Positions 48,105 through 60,006 of a stretch of DNA of 64,000 nt are shown in pieces. The stretch covers positions 639,023 through 703,022 of the forward strand of contig CAWFFU010000011.1 of NCBI GenBank assembly GCA_963815215.1. The letters are read 5' to 3'. The DNA comes from an uncultured Trueperaceae bacterium. Lineage in GTDB: Bacteria; Deinococcota; Deinococci; Deinococcales; Trueperaceae. The first letter of the stretch is position 1. Every line of letters starts with the position of its first letter. The translations under genes were made by a program, and so were the position numbers. The notes under the pieces were generated by a model. It was not told the DNA's origin. It worked only from the letters and a program-made list of their open reading frames with translations, and made no database searches.

Positions 48105-49667
48105 TCACCCCGCGCCCGGGCCCGTGTCGCCGGACAACGCCGTCTGCCGGTAGGGCGTGTCCGCCGCAGGACCGGCGGGAAGCCGCCCGTAGACGCGCGC
48201 CAGCTCGTGGAGCTGCCCTGCCAGCCAGGGCGGAACGTCCTCCCAGACCATGCGCCAGGTCCAGTTCCCGGCGGCCCGGCCGGGCGTGTTCATGCGTGCT
48301 TCGCTGCCCAGCCCCAGTGCGTCCTGCAACGGGAAGATGGCCAGGTCCGCCACCGACGCCTGGGCCAGGCGGATGAGCTCCCAGGCGACGTTCTCGTCGT
48401 CGCGCCCCAGGTAGCGGCGCACGAGGTCGCGCTCGGGCTCGGGCGCCTGGGCGTACCAGCCGGCGGTGGTGTCGTTGTCGTGGGTGCCGGTGTAGACCAC
48501 GCTGTTGCGGGGGTAGTTGTGGGGCAGGTAGGGGTCGCTCGCGTCGCCGGCGAAGGCGAACTGAAGCACCTTCATGCCGGGGAGCCGGTTGTCGTCGCGC
48601 AGCCGCTCCACCGCCGGCGTGATGACGCCCAGGTCCTCGGCGATGATCGGCAGCTCACCGAGGCCGGCGCTCAGGGCGTCGAACAGCGCCTGTCCCGGGC
48701 CCTCGACCCAGCGCCCCTGGACCGCCGTGGGTTCGCTCGCTGGGATCTCCCAGCAGGCCTCGAAGCCGCGGAAGTGGTCGACCCGCACGATGTCGAAGAA
48801 GTCGAACGTCGAGCGGAAGCGATCCAGCCACCACGCGAACCCGGCGTCCCGCATGCGGTCCCAGCGGTACAGCGGGTTGCCCCAGCGCTGCCCGGTGGCG
48901 CTGAAGTAGTCGGGGGGAACGCCCGCCACCACGGTCGGCTGACCCTCGGCGTCGAAGTGGAACAGCTCGGGATGGGCCCAGGCGTCGGCGGAGTCCAGCG
49001 CCACGAAGATGGGGATGTCGCCGACGACGCGCACCCCGCGCTCGGCGGCGTAGGCGCGCACCGCCGTCCACTGCCGGTAGAACCAGTGCTGCCACAACTC
49101 GTGCCGGCGAACGGCCGACGCCAGCTCGCGGCGGGCCTCCTGCAGGGCTTCTGGGCGGCGCAGCCGGACGGGCTCCTCCCAGGTGTTCCAGAGGGCGCCG
49201 CCGTGCGCGTCCTTCAGTGCCATGAACAACGCGTAGTCGTCGAGCCAGGCCTGCTCGCGCTCGCGGAACGCCTCGAACGCCTCGCGCTCGGGCGCGGACG
49301 CACCCGCCTCGAAGCGCTCCGCCGCCCGTGTCAACAGCGCCAGCTTGGCCGGGATGATCGCGCCGTAGTCGATCCGCCGCTGTTCCGGGCCGGCCAGCGA
49401 ACGCGCCTGCTCCGGGTCGAGCCACCCGTCTTCGGCCAACCGCTGCAGGCTGAGCAGGTAGGGGTTGCCGGCGAAGGCGCTGAAGCACTGGTAGGGGCTG
49501 TCGCCGTAGCCGGTGGGGCCCAGCGGCATCACCTGCCACAGGCGCTGACCGGCGGCCTCCAGGAAGTCGATCCACTGGAGGGCCGCGGGGCCCAGCTCAC
49601 CGATACCGGTTTCGCCGGGCAGGGACGTGGGGTGCAAGAGGATGCCGGCGCTGCGGTCGAATGCCAC
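48105..49667 (-). CDS. malQ: 4-alpha-glucanotransferase (amylomaltase, GH77)
   Basis: GILLHPTSLP, WQVMPLGP, GDIPIFV, RVDHFRGF, IIAEDLG and YTGTHDNDT motifs. Confidence 0.97.
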   Translation of the reverse strand: MAFDRSAGILLHPTSLPGETGIGELGPAALQWIDFLEAAGQRLWQVMPLGPTGYGDSPYQCFSAFAGNPYLLSLQRLAEDGWLDPEQARSLAGPEQRRIDYGAIIPAKLALLTRAAERFEAGASAPEREAFEAFREREQAWLDDYALFMALKDAHGGALWNTWEEPVRLRRPEALQEARRELASAVRRHELWQHWFYRQWTAVRAYAAERGVRVVGDIPIFVALDSADAWAHPELFHFDAEGQPTVVAGVPPDYFSATGQRWGNPLYRWDRMRDAGFAWWLDRFRSTFDFFDIVRVDHFRGFEACWEIPASEPTAVQGRWVEGPGQALFDALSAGLGELPIIAEDLGVITPAVERLRDDNRLPGMKVLQFAFAGDASDPYLPHNYPRNSVVYTGTHDNDTTAGWYAQAPEPERDLVRRYLGRDDENVAWELIRLAQASVADLAIFPLQDALGLGSEARMNTPGRAAGNWTWRMVWEDVPPWLAGQLHELARVYGRLPAGPAADTPYRQTALSGDTGPGAG

Positions 49668-49670
49668 GAT

Positions 49671-50480
49671 CTAACCTCCGGAGCGAGGGGGGGAAACGGT
49701 GTCGTCGGGAAGGCTCCCGATCGCCTCGAGGACCTCGTCGGCGCTTCCGAAGCGGGCCTGCGGGTCCTTCGCCAGCAGGCGCTCGAGCAACGGCTCGAAC
49801 GGCGCCAGCGCGGCGTCTAGATCCGACAGTGGGGTCGGCGCGGCGTCGCGGTGGGCGCCGAGCACCTCGGCCACGTTGCCGGTGAACGGCACCTGGCCGC
49901 TCAGTCCACGGTACAGGATGACGCCGACGGAGTAGAGGTCGCTCCCCGGCGTCACCGGGCCTCCGCGCGCCTGTTCCGGACTGAGGTAGGCGACGGTGCC
50001 GGCCAGGGCGGGGCGGGGCTGGATCTCGTCCACGCGCACCGACAGGTCGAAGTCGACCAGCCGCGCATGACCGCTCTTCTCCACCAGGATGTTCTCGGGC
50101 TTGACGTCGCGGTGAACGATGCCGTTGTCGTGGAGGTACCTCAGGCCCTCGAGCACGCCCCGCATGGTGCCGAGGAAGGCTCCGCGCCCGGTCGGGCGCA
50201 CCAGCCAGTGGCCCAGCCGCTCGCCCGGCGCGAAGGGCATGAGCACGCCGGGGAAGCCGGCCAGCTCGACACCGTCCTCCACCGGGTTCAGGTGCGGGTG
50301 GTCGAGGCCGCGCCCGATCGACAGCTCGCGCTCGGCACGCTCGCGGTGGGTGGGCGGGAAGAGCTTGAGGGCCTTCACCACGTGACCGTCGCTGACGAGG
50401 TAGACCCGCGCCAGCGCACCCTTGCCGATCTCCCGGAGGACCTGGAGACCCATCCCGAAGCGCGTCCCGATGACGTCCAC
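49671..50480 (-). CDS. Stand-alone Hanks-type Ser/Thr protein kinase
   Basis: GKGALARVY, ALK, HRDVKPEN, DFD, GTVAYLSPE and SDLYSVG motifs. Start could alternatively be 50534. Confidence 0.9.
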   Translation of the reverse strand: MDVIGTRFGMGLQVLREIGKGALARVYLVSDGHVVKALKLFPPTHRERAERELSIGRGLDHPHLNPVEDGVELAGFPGVLMPFAPGERLGHWLVRPTGRGAFLGTMRGVLEGLRYLHDNGIVHRDVKPENILVEKSGHARLVDFDLSVRVDEIQPRPALAGTVAYLSPEQARGGPVTPGSDLYSVGVILYRGLSGQVPFTGNVAEVLGAHRDAAPTPLSDLDAALAPFEPLLERLLAKDPQARFGSADEVLEAIGSLPDDTVSPPRSGG

Positions 50481-50564
50481 TCGCCACCAGGATAGCCGAC
50501 GGCTCGCCCGACACCTGCGAGGCTTCCTACTCACCGGGCGGGCCCGCGCGCGCCGGCGGCCGGC

Positions 50565-51437
50565 TCAGCGCCGGACCAGCACGCCCTCGCGGACCAGCGC
50601 GGCGAAGGCGTGGCGCTCGAGCTCACGCTCGGGGGCCGAGGCCGGCACCCGCAGCAGCAGGTGGCGGAAGCCGGCGCGCAACGCCGCGGCGCGGGTGCGG
50701 CCCACGAACGCCTGCACCTCCTCGCGGTAGGCACGCACCTCCGGCGGGCCGACCTGCAGGCGGCCGCCACTCTCGGCGTCGATCAGCTCGAGCTGCCCCT
50801 CCGAGGGTTCGAGGTCGCCATCGCTCATCACCTGCAACAGGCTGGCATCGAGACCGCGCGCGCGCAGCGCGGCCAGCGCGCCCTGCAGTGGCGCGTCCTC
50901 CAGGAAGTCCGAGACCACCAGCGCCAGCGCCGCGCCGCGCACCGGCGGAAGCGCCAAAGCGAAGCGCTTGAGCGCGCTGATGGGCGCGGCCCCCTCGCCG
51001 CGCACGGTCTCGGCCTCCTCCAGGAAGCGCCAGCTCGCACCCACCGCAGTGAGACCCTGGGCGGTGCGGTTACCGCGGCCGTCGAGCAGGTGGACCTGTG
51101 TGGGCGCGTCGCGCTGCGCGACGTAGACCAGCAGCTGGGCCAGCAGCCGCGCGTAGCGCGCCTTGCCACCGAGCAGCATGCTGGCGCTGGTGTCGAGCAC
51201 CAGGTGCATGCGGATGCTGCGCTCGGCCTGGAACAGGCGTGTCATCAGGCGGCCGGTGCGGGCGTACACCCGCCAGTCGACGTAGCGCAGCTCGTCCCCG
51301 AACTGGTAGGACCGGAAGTCGTGGAACTCCACGCTCTGCCCCGGCTCCGACGCCATCCGCTCGCCCGACTCCCGGCTCAGGGCGCGGGAGGCCAGCGCGT
51401 AGCGGTCCAGCAGAGCGCGACTGCGTGGGGTGATCAC
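50565..51437 (-). CDS. DUF58 domain protein (MoxR-associated)
   Basis: GQSVEFHDFRSYQFGDELRYVDWRVYAR, LDTSASM and VVSDF motifs. Confidence 0.9.
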   Translation of the reverse strand: MITPRSRALLDRYALASRALSRESGERMASEPGQSVEFHDFRSYQFGDELRYVDWRVYARTGRLMTRLFQAERSIRMHLVLDTSASMLLGGKARYARLLAQLLVYVAQRDAPTQVHLLDGRGNRTAQGLTAVGASWRFLEEAETVRGEGAAPISALKRFALALPPVRGAALALVVSDFLEDAPLQGALAALRARGLDASLLQVMSDGDLEPSEGQLELIDAESGGRLQVGPPEVRAYREEVQAFVGRTRAAALRAGFRHLLLRVPASAPERELERHAFAALVREGVLVRR

Positions 51438-51462
51438 GTCTGGCCCCGCCCCTCGTTGCCGC

Positions 51463-52431
<969 letters not shown>

Positions 52432-52547
52432 GCACCGCCTCCTTGCCGCTGTTGCGACAAGCGTAGCAGCATCGGGCGCCGCCCCGGGCCTCCTGGAAGC
52501 GGCGGATGCAACGGGGAGGGCCGCAGCACGCGGAGTAGACTGGCCGC

Positions 52548-53120
52548 ATGACGCCCCGCCACGGGAGGGTGACGCTGCGGCCACTATCGGATCTGGACAA
52601 CGACGCCTGGCGCAGTATCCAGAGTCACTTCCGCGATCCGGAGATCGCGCACCTCAACGGCACCCCGCCCAACCGCATGCCCCTGTGGCTCCTCAAGCGC
52701 GTGCTCAAGGCCGACGCGCGCCGACCCGACCGGGCCACCTTCGGCATCTTCGACGAGACCGACGCCTACATCGGCACCATCGAGCTCTACGACCTGCGCG
52801 GCTCGAGCGCGACGCTGGGCATCATCATCGGGGAACGCAGCCACTGGGGGCAGGGCTACGGGCCCGAGGCGATCCACGCGCTGCTCGGCCACGCCTTCAA
52901 CGAGCTGGGGCTCGAGCACGTGCGCCTCAACACCTTCGGCGACAACGTTCGCGCCCAGGCCGCCTTCAAGAAGGTGGGCTTCCGCGAGGTGAGTCGCAGC
53001 AAGGTCGCCGGGGGACGCATCGACGTCCATATGGAGCTCTACCGCGGAGCCTACCTGGAAGCGCACGGTGGACGCGCAACGGCGGGGGCGACGGCGCGGG
53101 CGCAACGGCGCCTGGCCTGA
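52548..53120 (+). CDS. GNAT family N-acetyltransferase (RimJ/RimL-like)
   Basis: LGIIIGE..WGQGYG and NVRAQAAFKKVGF motifs; TAGACT 6 nt before the ATG. Confidence 0.88.
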   Translation: MTPRHGRVTLRPLSDLDNDAWRSIQSHFRDPEIAHLNGTPPNRMPLWLLKRVLKADARRPDRATFGIFDETDAYIGTIELYDLRGSSATLGIIIGERSHWGQGYGPEAIHALLGHAFNELGLEHVRLNTFGDNVRAQAAFKKVGFREVSRSKVAGGRIDVHMELYRGAYLEAHGGRATAGATARAQRRLA

Positions 53121-53139
53121 GCCCGCCCCGCGGCGGGAG

Positions 53140-54945
<1,806 letters not shown>

Positions 54946-55255
54946 GCCATCAGTGTACCGTCGGCCCCTGCACCGCCCCGTTGCCCTCCCCGGCGCCATC
55001 GGGGCGCCCGGCCGGGGCCCGGACACGCCACCGGCACGGGACGTTCGACACTTGGCCGCCCCCTCCCCCCCGGCGGTAGCCTCATGGTGTACGGATGACG
55101 TGAGCACCCATGGTCGAGTCGATTCGCAAACGTGACGAGGACGTCCCCCCAATCCCAACAGAAGCACTCCCGGGGCGGGCCCCGTCGCCGCGCGTGTCGC
55201 GCGGGCGGCCGCAAGGACGGTCGGCGGGACGCTTGCGAGAGGGAGGTCGGTCCAA

Positions 55256-58033
55256 GTGGCAAAGAAGTGGGTCTACCAGTTCGATGAGGTGGCCGAAGCC
55301 GAAGCGCTGACGGGGAGCTGGGACGAGGTCCGAGCGCTCCTCGGCGGCAAGGGCGCCAACCTCGGCGACATGACGCGGCTGGGCGTGCCGGTGCCTCCGG
55401 GCTTCACGGTCACCACCCAGGCGTGCAACGCCTACCTGGAAGAAGGCGAGAGCTTCCCCGAAGGCATGTGGGAGCAGGAGATGAGCGCCCTCCGCCAGGT
55501 CGAGAAGGATACCGGCAAGAGCTTCGGCGATCCCGCCAGCCCGCTACTGGTGTCGTGCCGGTCGGGCGCCAAGTTCTCCATGCCCGGGATGATGGACACC
55601 ATCCTCAACCTCGGGCTCAACGACGAGGTCGCCGAGGGGCTGATCAAGCTCACCTCCGACGATCGCTTCGTGTTCGACTCCTACCGGCGTCTGGTACAGA
55701 TGTTCGGCAGCGTGGTCCTGGGCGTGCCCGACGAGGTGTTCGAGGCCGTCATCACCGTGCGTCGCAAGCGCGCCGGCGTGAAGATCGACGCGGAGCTCTC
55801 GGCCGACGACTGGCGCGAGGTCACCCGCAAGTTCAAGGAGATCGTCAAGACCTACACCGGGCAGGACTTCCCCGAGGATCCGGTCGACCAGCTGCGGCTC
55901 GCCACCGAGGCGGTCTTCAAGTCCTGGAACGGCAAGCGCGCCTTCGACTACCGCAACGCCAGCGGTATCCGCCACGACCTCGGCACCGCCGTGAACATCG
56001 TGACGATGGTGTTCGGCAACATGGGCGAGGACTGCGCCACCGGTGTGGCCATGACGCGCAACGCCACCACCGGCGAGCCGGAGATCGAGGGCGACTACCT
56101 CATCAATGCCCAGGGCGAGGACGTGGTGGCCGGGACCCGCGCCACCCAGCCGATGCAGGACCTGCGCGCCGCCATGCCCGAGGTCTACGAGGAGTTCCGG
56201 GGCATCGCGCAGCGCCTGGAGAAGCACTACCGGAACATGCAGGACATGGAGTTCACCATCGAGAACGGCAAGCTCTGGCTGCTGCAGACGCGCGACGGCA
56301 AGCGCACGGCGCAGGCCGAGGTCCGGATCGCCGTCGACATGGTCGAGGAGGGCCTGATCACCAAGGAGGAAGCGGTCCAGCGGGTCAAGCCCGACCAGGT
56401 CGATTTCTTCCTGCACCCGCAGCTCGAACCCGAGGCCCGCAAGGCGGCCAAGAGGATCGCCGCCGGCCTCAACGTCAGCCCCGGCGCCGCCGTCGGGCAG
56501 GTGGCGTTCGATGCCGACACCGCCGAACGCTGGGCGCACGAGGACGGCCGCGACGTCATCATGGTCCGGCCCGAGACCAAGCCCGACGACGTGCACGGCA
56601 TGCTGGCGGCCAAGGGCATCGTCACCAGCCGCGGCGGGCGCACCAGTCACGCCGCCCTGGTCGCACGCCAGTTCGGCAAGCCGGCCGTGGTGGGCATCGC
56701 CGAGCTCGAGATCAACCTCGAGTCGCGCGAGATGACGATGCACGACATCACCGTCAAGGAGGGCGAGTTCATCTCCATCGACGGCACCGTCGGCGAGGTC
56801 TACGTCGGCAAGGTCGCCACCATCATCCCCGACATCAGCAATCCCTACCTCGGCAAGATCCTCGATTGGGCCGACGACATCCGCGTCCTGGGCGTACGCG
56901 CCAACGCCGACTATCCGTCCGACGCCGAACGGGCCCGCAGTTACGGCGCCGAGGGGCTGGGCCTGGTCCGCACCGAGCACATGTTCTTCGAGCCCGAGCG
57001 GCTGCCCACCGTCCAGAAGATGATCATGGCGCGCAACACCACACAACGCGCCGAAGCGCTGGACGCGCTCCTGCCGATGCAGCGCAAGGACTTCGAGGGG
57101 CTGTTCCGCGCCATGAGCGGGCTGCCGGTCATCATCCGCCTGATCGACCCGCCGCTGCACGAGTTCCTGCCGTCGCACGACGAGTTGATCCGCGACCTGG
57201 CCGACCTCAAGGTGCAGCTCCAGCACTTCCACACCCTGAGCGAGGTGGACGCCGCGTTGGCGGTCATCCGCGAGAAGTCGGACCACCTGGAGCGCGTCTC
57301 CGAGCTGCGCGAGGCCAACCCGATGCTCGGCACGCGCGGGGTCCGGCTGGGTATCCTCATCCCCGAGCTGACGCGGATGCAGGTACGGGCCATCTTCGAG
57401 GCCGCCTGCAACGTCAAGCGCGAGGGCGTGGACGTCCGCCCCGAGATCATGATCCCGCTGGTGAGTCACGTGAACGAGCTGCAGCTCCAGCGCCACGCCC
57501 TGGAGGAGGAAGCCAAGGCCGTGATGGAGGAGTACAACCTCCAGGTGCCCTACCATTTCGGCACCATGATCGAGGTTCCGCGCGCCGCGCTGATCGCCGG
57601 CGAGCTGGCGGAGTCCGCAGAGTTCTTCAGTTACGGCACCAACGACCTCACCCAGACGACCTTCGGCGTGTCGCGTGACGACGCCGAGAAGGGCTTCCTG
57701 ATGTACTACCTCGAGCACGGCATCCTCGAGGACAACCCGTTCGCGACCATCGACCCACAGGGCGTGGGACGCTTGATCGAGATCGGCACCAAGCTGGGTC
57801 GCGCCACCCGCCCCGACCTGGAGGTCGGGATCTGCGGCGAGCACGGCGGCGACCCCGCGTCGATCCACCTGTGCCACGAGCTGGGGCTCGACTACGTGAG
57901 CTGCTCACCGTTCCGCGTGCCCATCGCACGCCTGGCGGCGGCGCATGCCGCGCTCAAGTACGGCCGCCGCGGCCAGAAGGCCGCCGACGAGAAGCCCGAG
58001 GACGCCCCTAGCAAGGAGCCCGTCCCGGCCTGA
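55256..58033 (+). CDS. ppdK: Pyruvate, phosphate dikinase
   Basis: LGGKGANL, SMPGMMDT, QGEDVVAG, phospho-His motif GGRTSHAA, RTEHMFF, GTNDLTQ and GICGEHGG. Confidence 0.97.
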   Translation: MAKKWVYQFDEVAEAEALTGSWDEVRALLGGKGANLGDMTRLGVPVPPGFTVTTQACNAYLEEGESFPEGMWEQEMSALRQVEKDTGKSFGDPASPLLVSCRSGAKFSMPGMMDTILNLGLNDEVAEGLIKLTSDDRFVFDSYRRLVQMFGSVVLGVPDEVFEAVITVRRKRAGVKIDAELSADDWREVTRKFKEIVKTYTGQDFPEDPVDQLRLATEAVFKSWNGKRAFDYRNASGIRHDLGTAVNIVTMVFGNMGEDCATGVAMTRNATTGEPEIEGDYLINAQGEDVVAGTRATQPMQDLRAAMPEVYEEFRGIAQRLEKHYRNMQDMEFTIENGKLWLLQTRDGKRTAQAEVRIAVDMVEEGLITKEEAVQRVKPDQVDFFLHPQLEPEARKAAKRIAAGLNVSPGAAVGQVAFDADTAERWAHEDGRDVIMVRPETKPDDVHGMLAAKGIVTSRGGRTSHAALVARQFGKPAVVGIAELEINLESREMTMHDITVKEGEFISIDGTVGEVYVGKVATIIPDISNPYLGKILDWADDIRVLGVRANADYPSDAERARSYGAEGLGLVRTEHMFFEPERLPTVQKMIMARNTTQRAEALDALLPMQRKDFEGLFRAMSGLPVIIRLIDPPLHEFLPSHDELIRDLADLKVQLQHFHTLSEVDAALAVIREKSDHLERVSELREANPMLGTRGVRLGILIPELTRMQVRAIFEAACNVKREGVDVRPEIMIPLVSHVNELQLQRHALEEEAKAVMEEYNLQVPYHFGTMIEVPRAALIAGELAESAEFFSYGTNDLTQTTFGVSRDDAEKGFLMYYLEHGILEDNPFATIDPQGVGRLIEIGTKLGRATRPDLEVGICGEHGGDPASIHLCHELGLDYVSCSPFRVPIARLAAAHAALKYGRRGQKAADEKPEDAPSKEPVPA

Positions 58034-58057
58034 TCCAGGGACCGACCGTCCACGGTG

Positions 58058-58098
58058 GGAGGGCGCCGCCCCGTCTGGGGTGGCGCCCTCCACGTTTG
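58058..58098 (+). terminator. Intrinsic terminator of ppdK
   Basis: 15-bp stem GGAGGGCGCCGCCCC-GTCT-GGGGTGGCGCCCTCC followed by ACGTTTG. Confidence 0.7.
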
Positions 58099-58317
58099 TC
58101 GCGCGGGAAATGCGTCTGTCACCAGTGGCCTGCGTGCGCCGTGCCGAGCTTCGATATGTTACCGTCCGAAACCATGCCGGCAATGCGGTAGCGTGCGCCT
58201 CGTCGCGAGTGCGCCGGGAAAGGCGGATCAGGGTGCATCTTCTTGGATCGGCGCGGTGGAAGAGCCGCGTCAAACGTCGTCGTTTGTTCCTGCCATGCCG
58301 AAAGTCGACGGCGCGCC

Positions 58318-60006
58318 ATGTGGCGCGCGCATAGCTACGCGATCGCGCTGGTGCTGGCCTTTTGCGGCACCGCCGCGGCTCAGACGGTCGCGTCGCTGAC
58401 GACCGATCCCCATGACCCGCTCGCCGTGATCCTCACCGTGACGGCGTTGCCGTCCGACGCGGGCAAGGTGTTCGTCAACTGGGGCGACGGTCAGAGCCTG
58501 AGCGTGGCCTCGCCGCAGCGTGCCACGCACCGCTACACCCAGGCGGGCAGCTACACGGTCCGCCTGGTCGACGGCACGCACGCGGCGCTGCTCTACACAG
58601 CGACCGCGCACGTGCAGGCGCCCCCGCCGCCGCCCGGCCAGGCCACCGGGCCTCGCATCCGCAACCTCAAGGGGTACGTCTCCACCGACTACTTCGCCTC
58701 GTCGACGCAAGGCGGGGCGGTGAGCTACGGCTCCGGCCAGGGGGCCCTGCGAGGGCTGAGCGTCAGCGCCTCGCTGTCGCTGGACGTGCCCGACCGCCAC
58801 GTGACCCTCACGGCCGGCAACGTGAACCTCCAGCACCAGAGCGTGCGCTTGCAGCTCAGCAACCGCAAGGCCGCCCTGTCGCTGGCCCTCGACGACGTTC
58901 CCGCCGACGGCACCGTGGGCGCCCGCACGACGCTCCTCGGCGCCCTGTCGGTGACCGATCCGGGACTGCCGAAGATCCTCGTCACCGGCGTCGCCGCCAG
59001 CGAGGCGGGAAGCGCCGGCTACCACATGAGCAGCGTGCAGCTCGGGCTGAGCGACAGCTACAAGGCGGTCGCGCCGGGCATTACGCAGCTCCACTGGCGC
59101 ACCACGCTCCAGACCACCGGCTCGGCCGTGGCGTCCAACCTCGCCAACGGCCAGACCACACAGACTCTCAGCGCCGGGGTCGGGGCGACCTTCGCACCCT
59201 GGGGCCCCAACGCCCTGCGCCTCACGCCCCGGCTCGACGACCAGGTGCAGTGGACGCAGACCACGGGTGCGGCACAGACGTCGAGCCATCGCCACCGCCT
59301 GAGTCTCGACGTGCGGCCGGACAAGCAGGACGACGCCTCGCTGAGCTTGAGCCTGACCACGGCGACCGCGGCGGCACCCACCAACCAGGAGACGCTCCGC
59401 CTGTCGACCGAGCGCCTGGCGCCCGTGACGCTCCGCGGCACCGTCACCCGCTCCAACGACGGCAGCGCGGACAGCTACGCCTACAGCGCCGACGCCGACG
59501 TGCCCGTCGCCCACGGGCTCGACGTCACCGGCGGCTACCAGGGCGGCAGCGGGACGGACGGGACCTACAACGGCGCCACGGCCGGCCTCAAGATCATCGC
59601 CTCTCCCGGACCGTGGACCTTCGGCGCCACGGCCCGCGGAGGCTTCCAGCTCTACACCGACGGCAAGGTCACGCCCTCGGCCAACGGCAGCCTGTCCGCC
59701 CAGGTGGGCACGCCCGCCGCGCACGGCAGCGCCCAGGGATCGTTGCAGTACGACGGCACCAACCTCAACGCCAGCCTCGATCTGTCGGGAGGCTTCACGA
59801 CCGGTGCCTTCACCTTCGACGGCAGCGCCGGCCTGCAGGCGAATCCGACACTGGCTGTCAAGACCGACCTCAAGGCCCGGCTACGCATGCTCGCGGCGCT
59901 TTCGCTGCAGACGCAGCTCGGCTATCGCACAGCCATCGCAAGCAACACCGGCTCGGTGGCCACGATCGGCCTCGGGCTGCGATACGACTTCGGAGGTAGC
60001 GACTGA
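58318..60006 (+). CDS. Secreted PKD-domain protein with C-terminal predicted outer-membrane beta-barrel
   Basis: Signal peptide (AAA-Q), PKD motif VNWGDG..HRYTQAGSYTVRL, PPPPP linker, then about 430 aa of amphipathic Ser/Thr/Gly strands ending IGLGLRYDF. Confidence 0.7.
   Translation: MWRAHSYAIALVLAFCGTAAAQTVASLTTDPHDPLAVILTVTALPSDAGKVFVNWGDGQSLSVASPQRATHRYTQAGSYTVRLVDGTHAALLYTATAHVQAPPPPPGQATGPRIRNLKGYVSTDYFASSTQGGAVSYGSGQGALRGLSVSASLSLDVPDRHVTLTAGNVNLQHQSVRLQLSNRKAALSLALDDVPADGTVGARTTLLGALSVTDPGLPKILVTGVAASEAGSAGYHMSSVQLGLSDSYKAVAPGITQLHWRTTLQTTGSAVASNLANGQTTQTLSAGVGATFAPWGPNALRLTPRLDDQVQWTQTTGAAQTSSHRHRLSLDVRPDKQDDASLSLSLTTATAAAPTNQETLRLSTERLAPVTLRGTVTRSNDGSADSYAYSADADVPVAHGLDVTGGYQGGSGTDGTYNGATAGLKIIASPGPWTFGATARGGFQLYTDGKVTPSANGSLSAQVGTPAAHGSAQGSLQYDGTNLNASLDLSGGFTTGAFTFDGSAGLQANPTLAVKTDLKARLRMLAALSLQTQLGYRTAIASNTGSVATIGLGLRYDFGGSD

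Noticed and set aside
55080..55255. ppdK upstream region as a c-di-GMP-I riboswitch (GCAAAC..GACG)
   Set aside because: The GNRA-capped P2 stem and GCAAAG/P3 elements are not present; the similarity is only a few bases.
55423..57877. 751-aa (+) and 777-aa (-) ORFs
   Set aside because: Alternate-frame and antisense shadows of ppdK with Arg/Gly/Pro-biased or motif-free translations.
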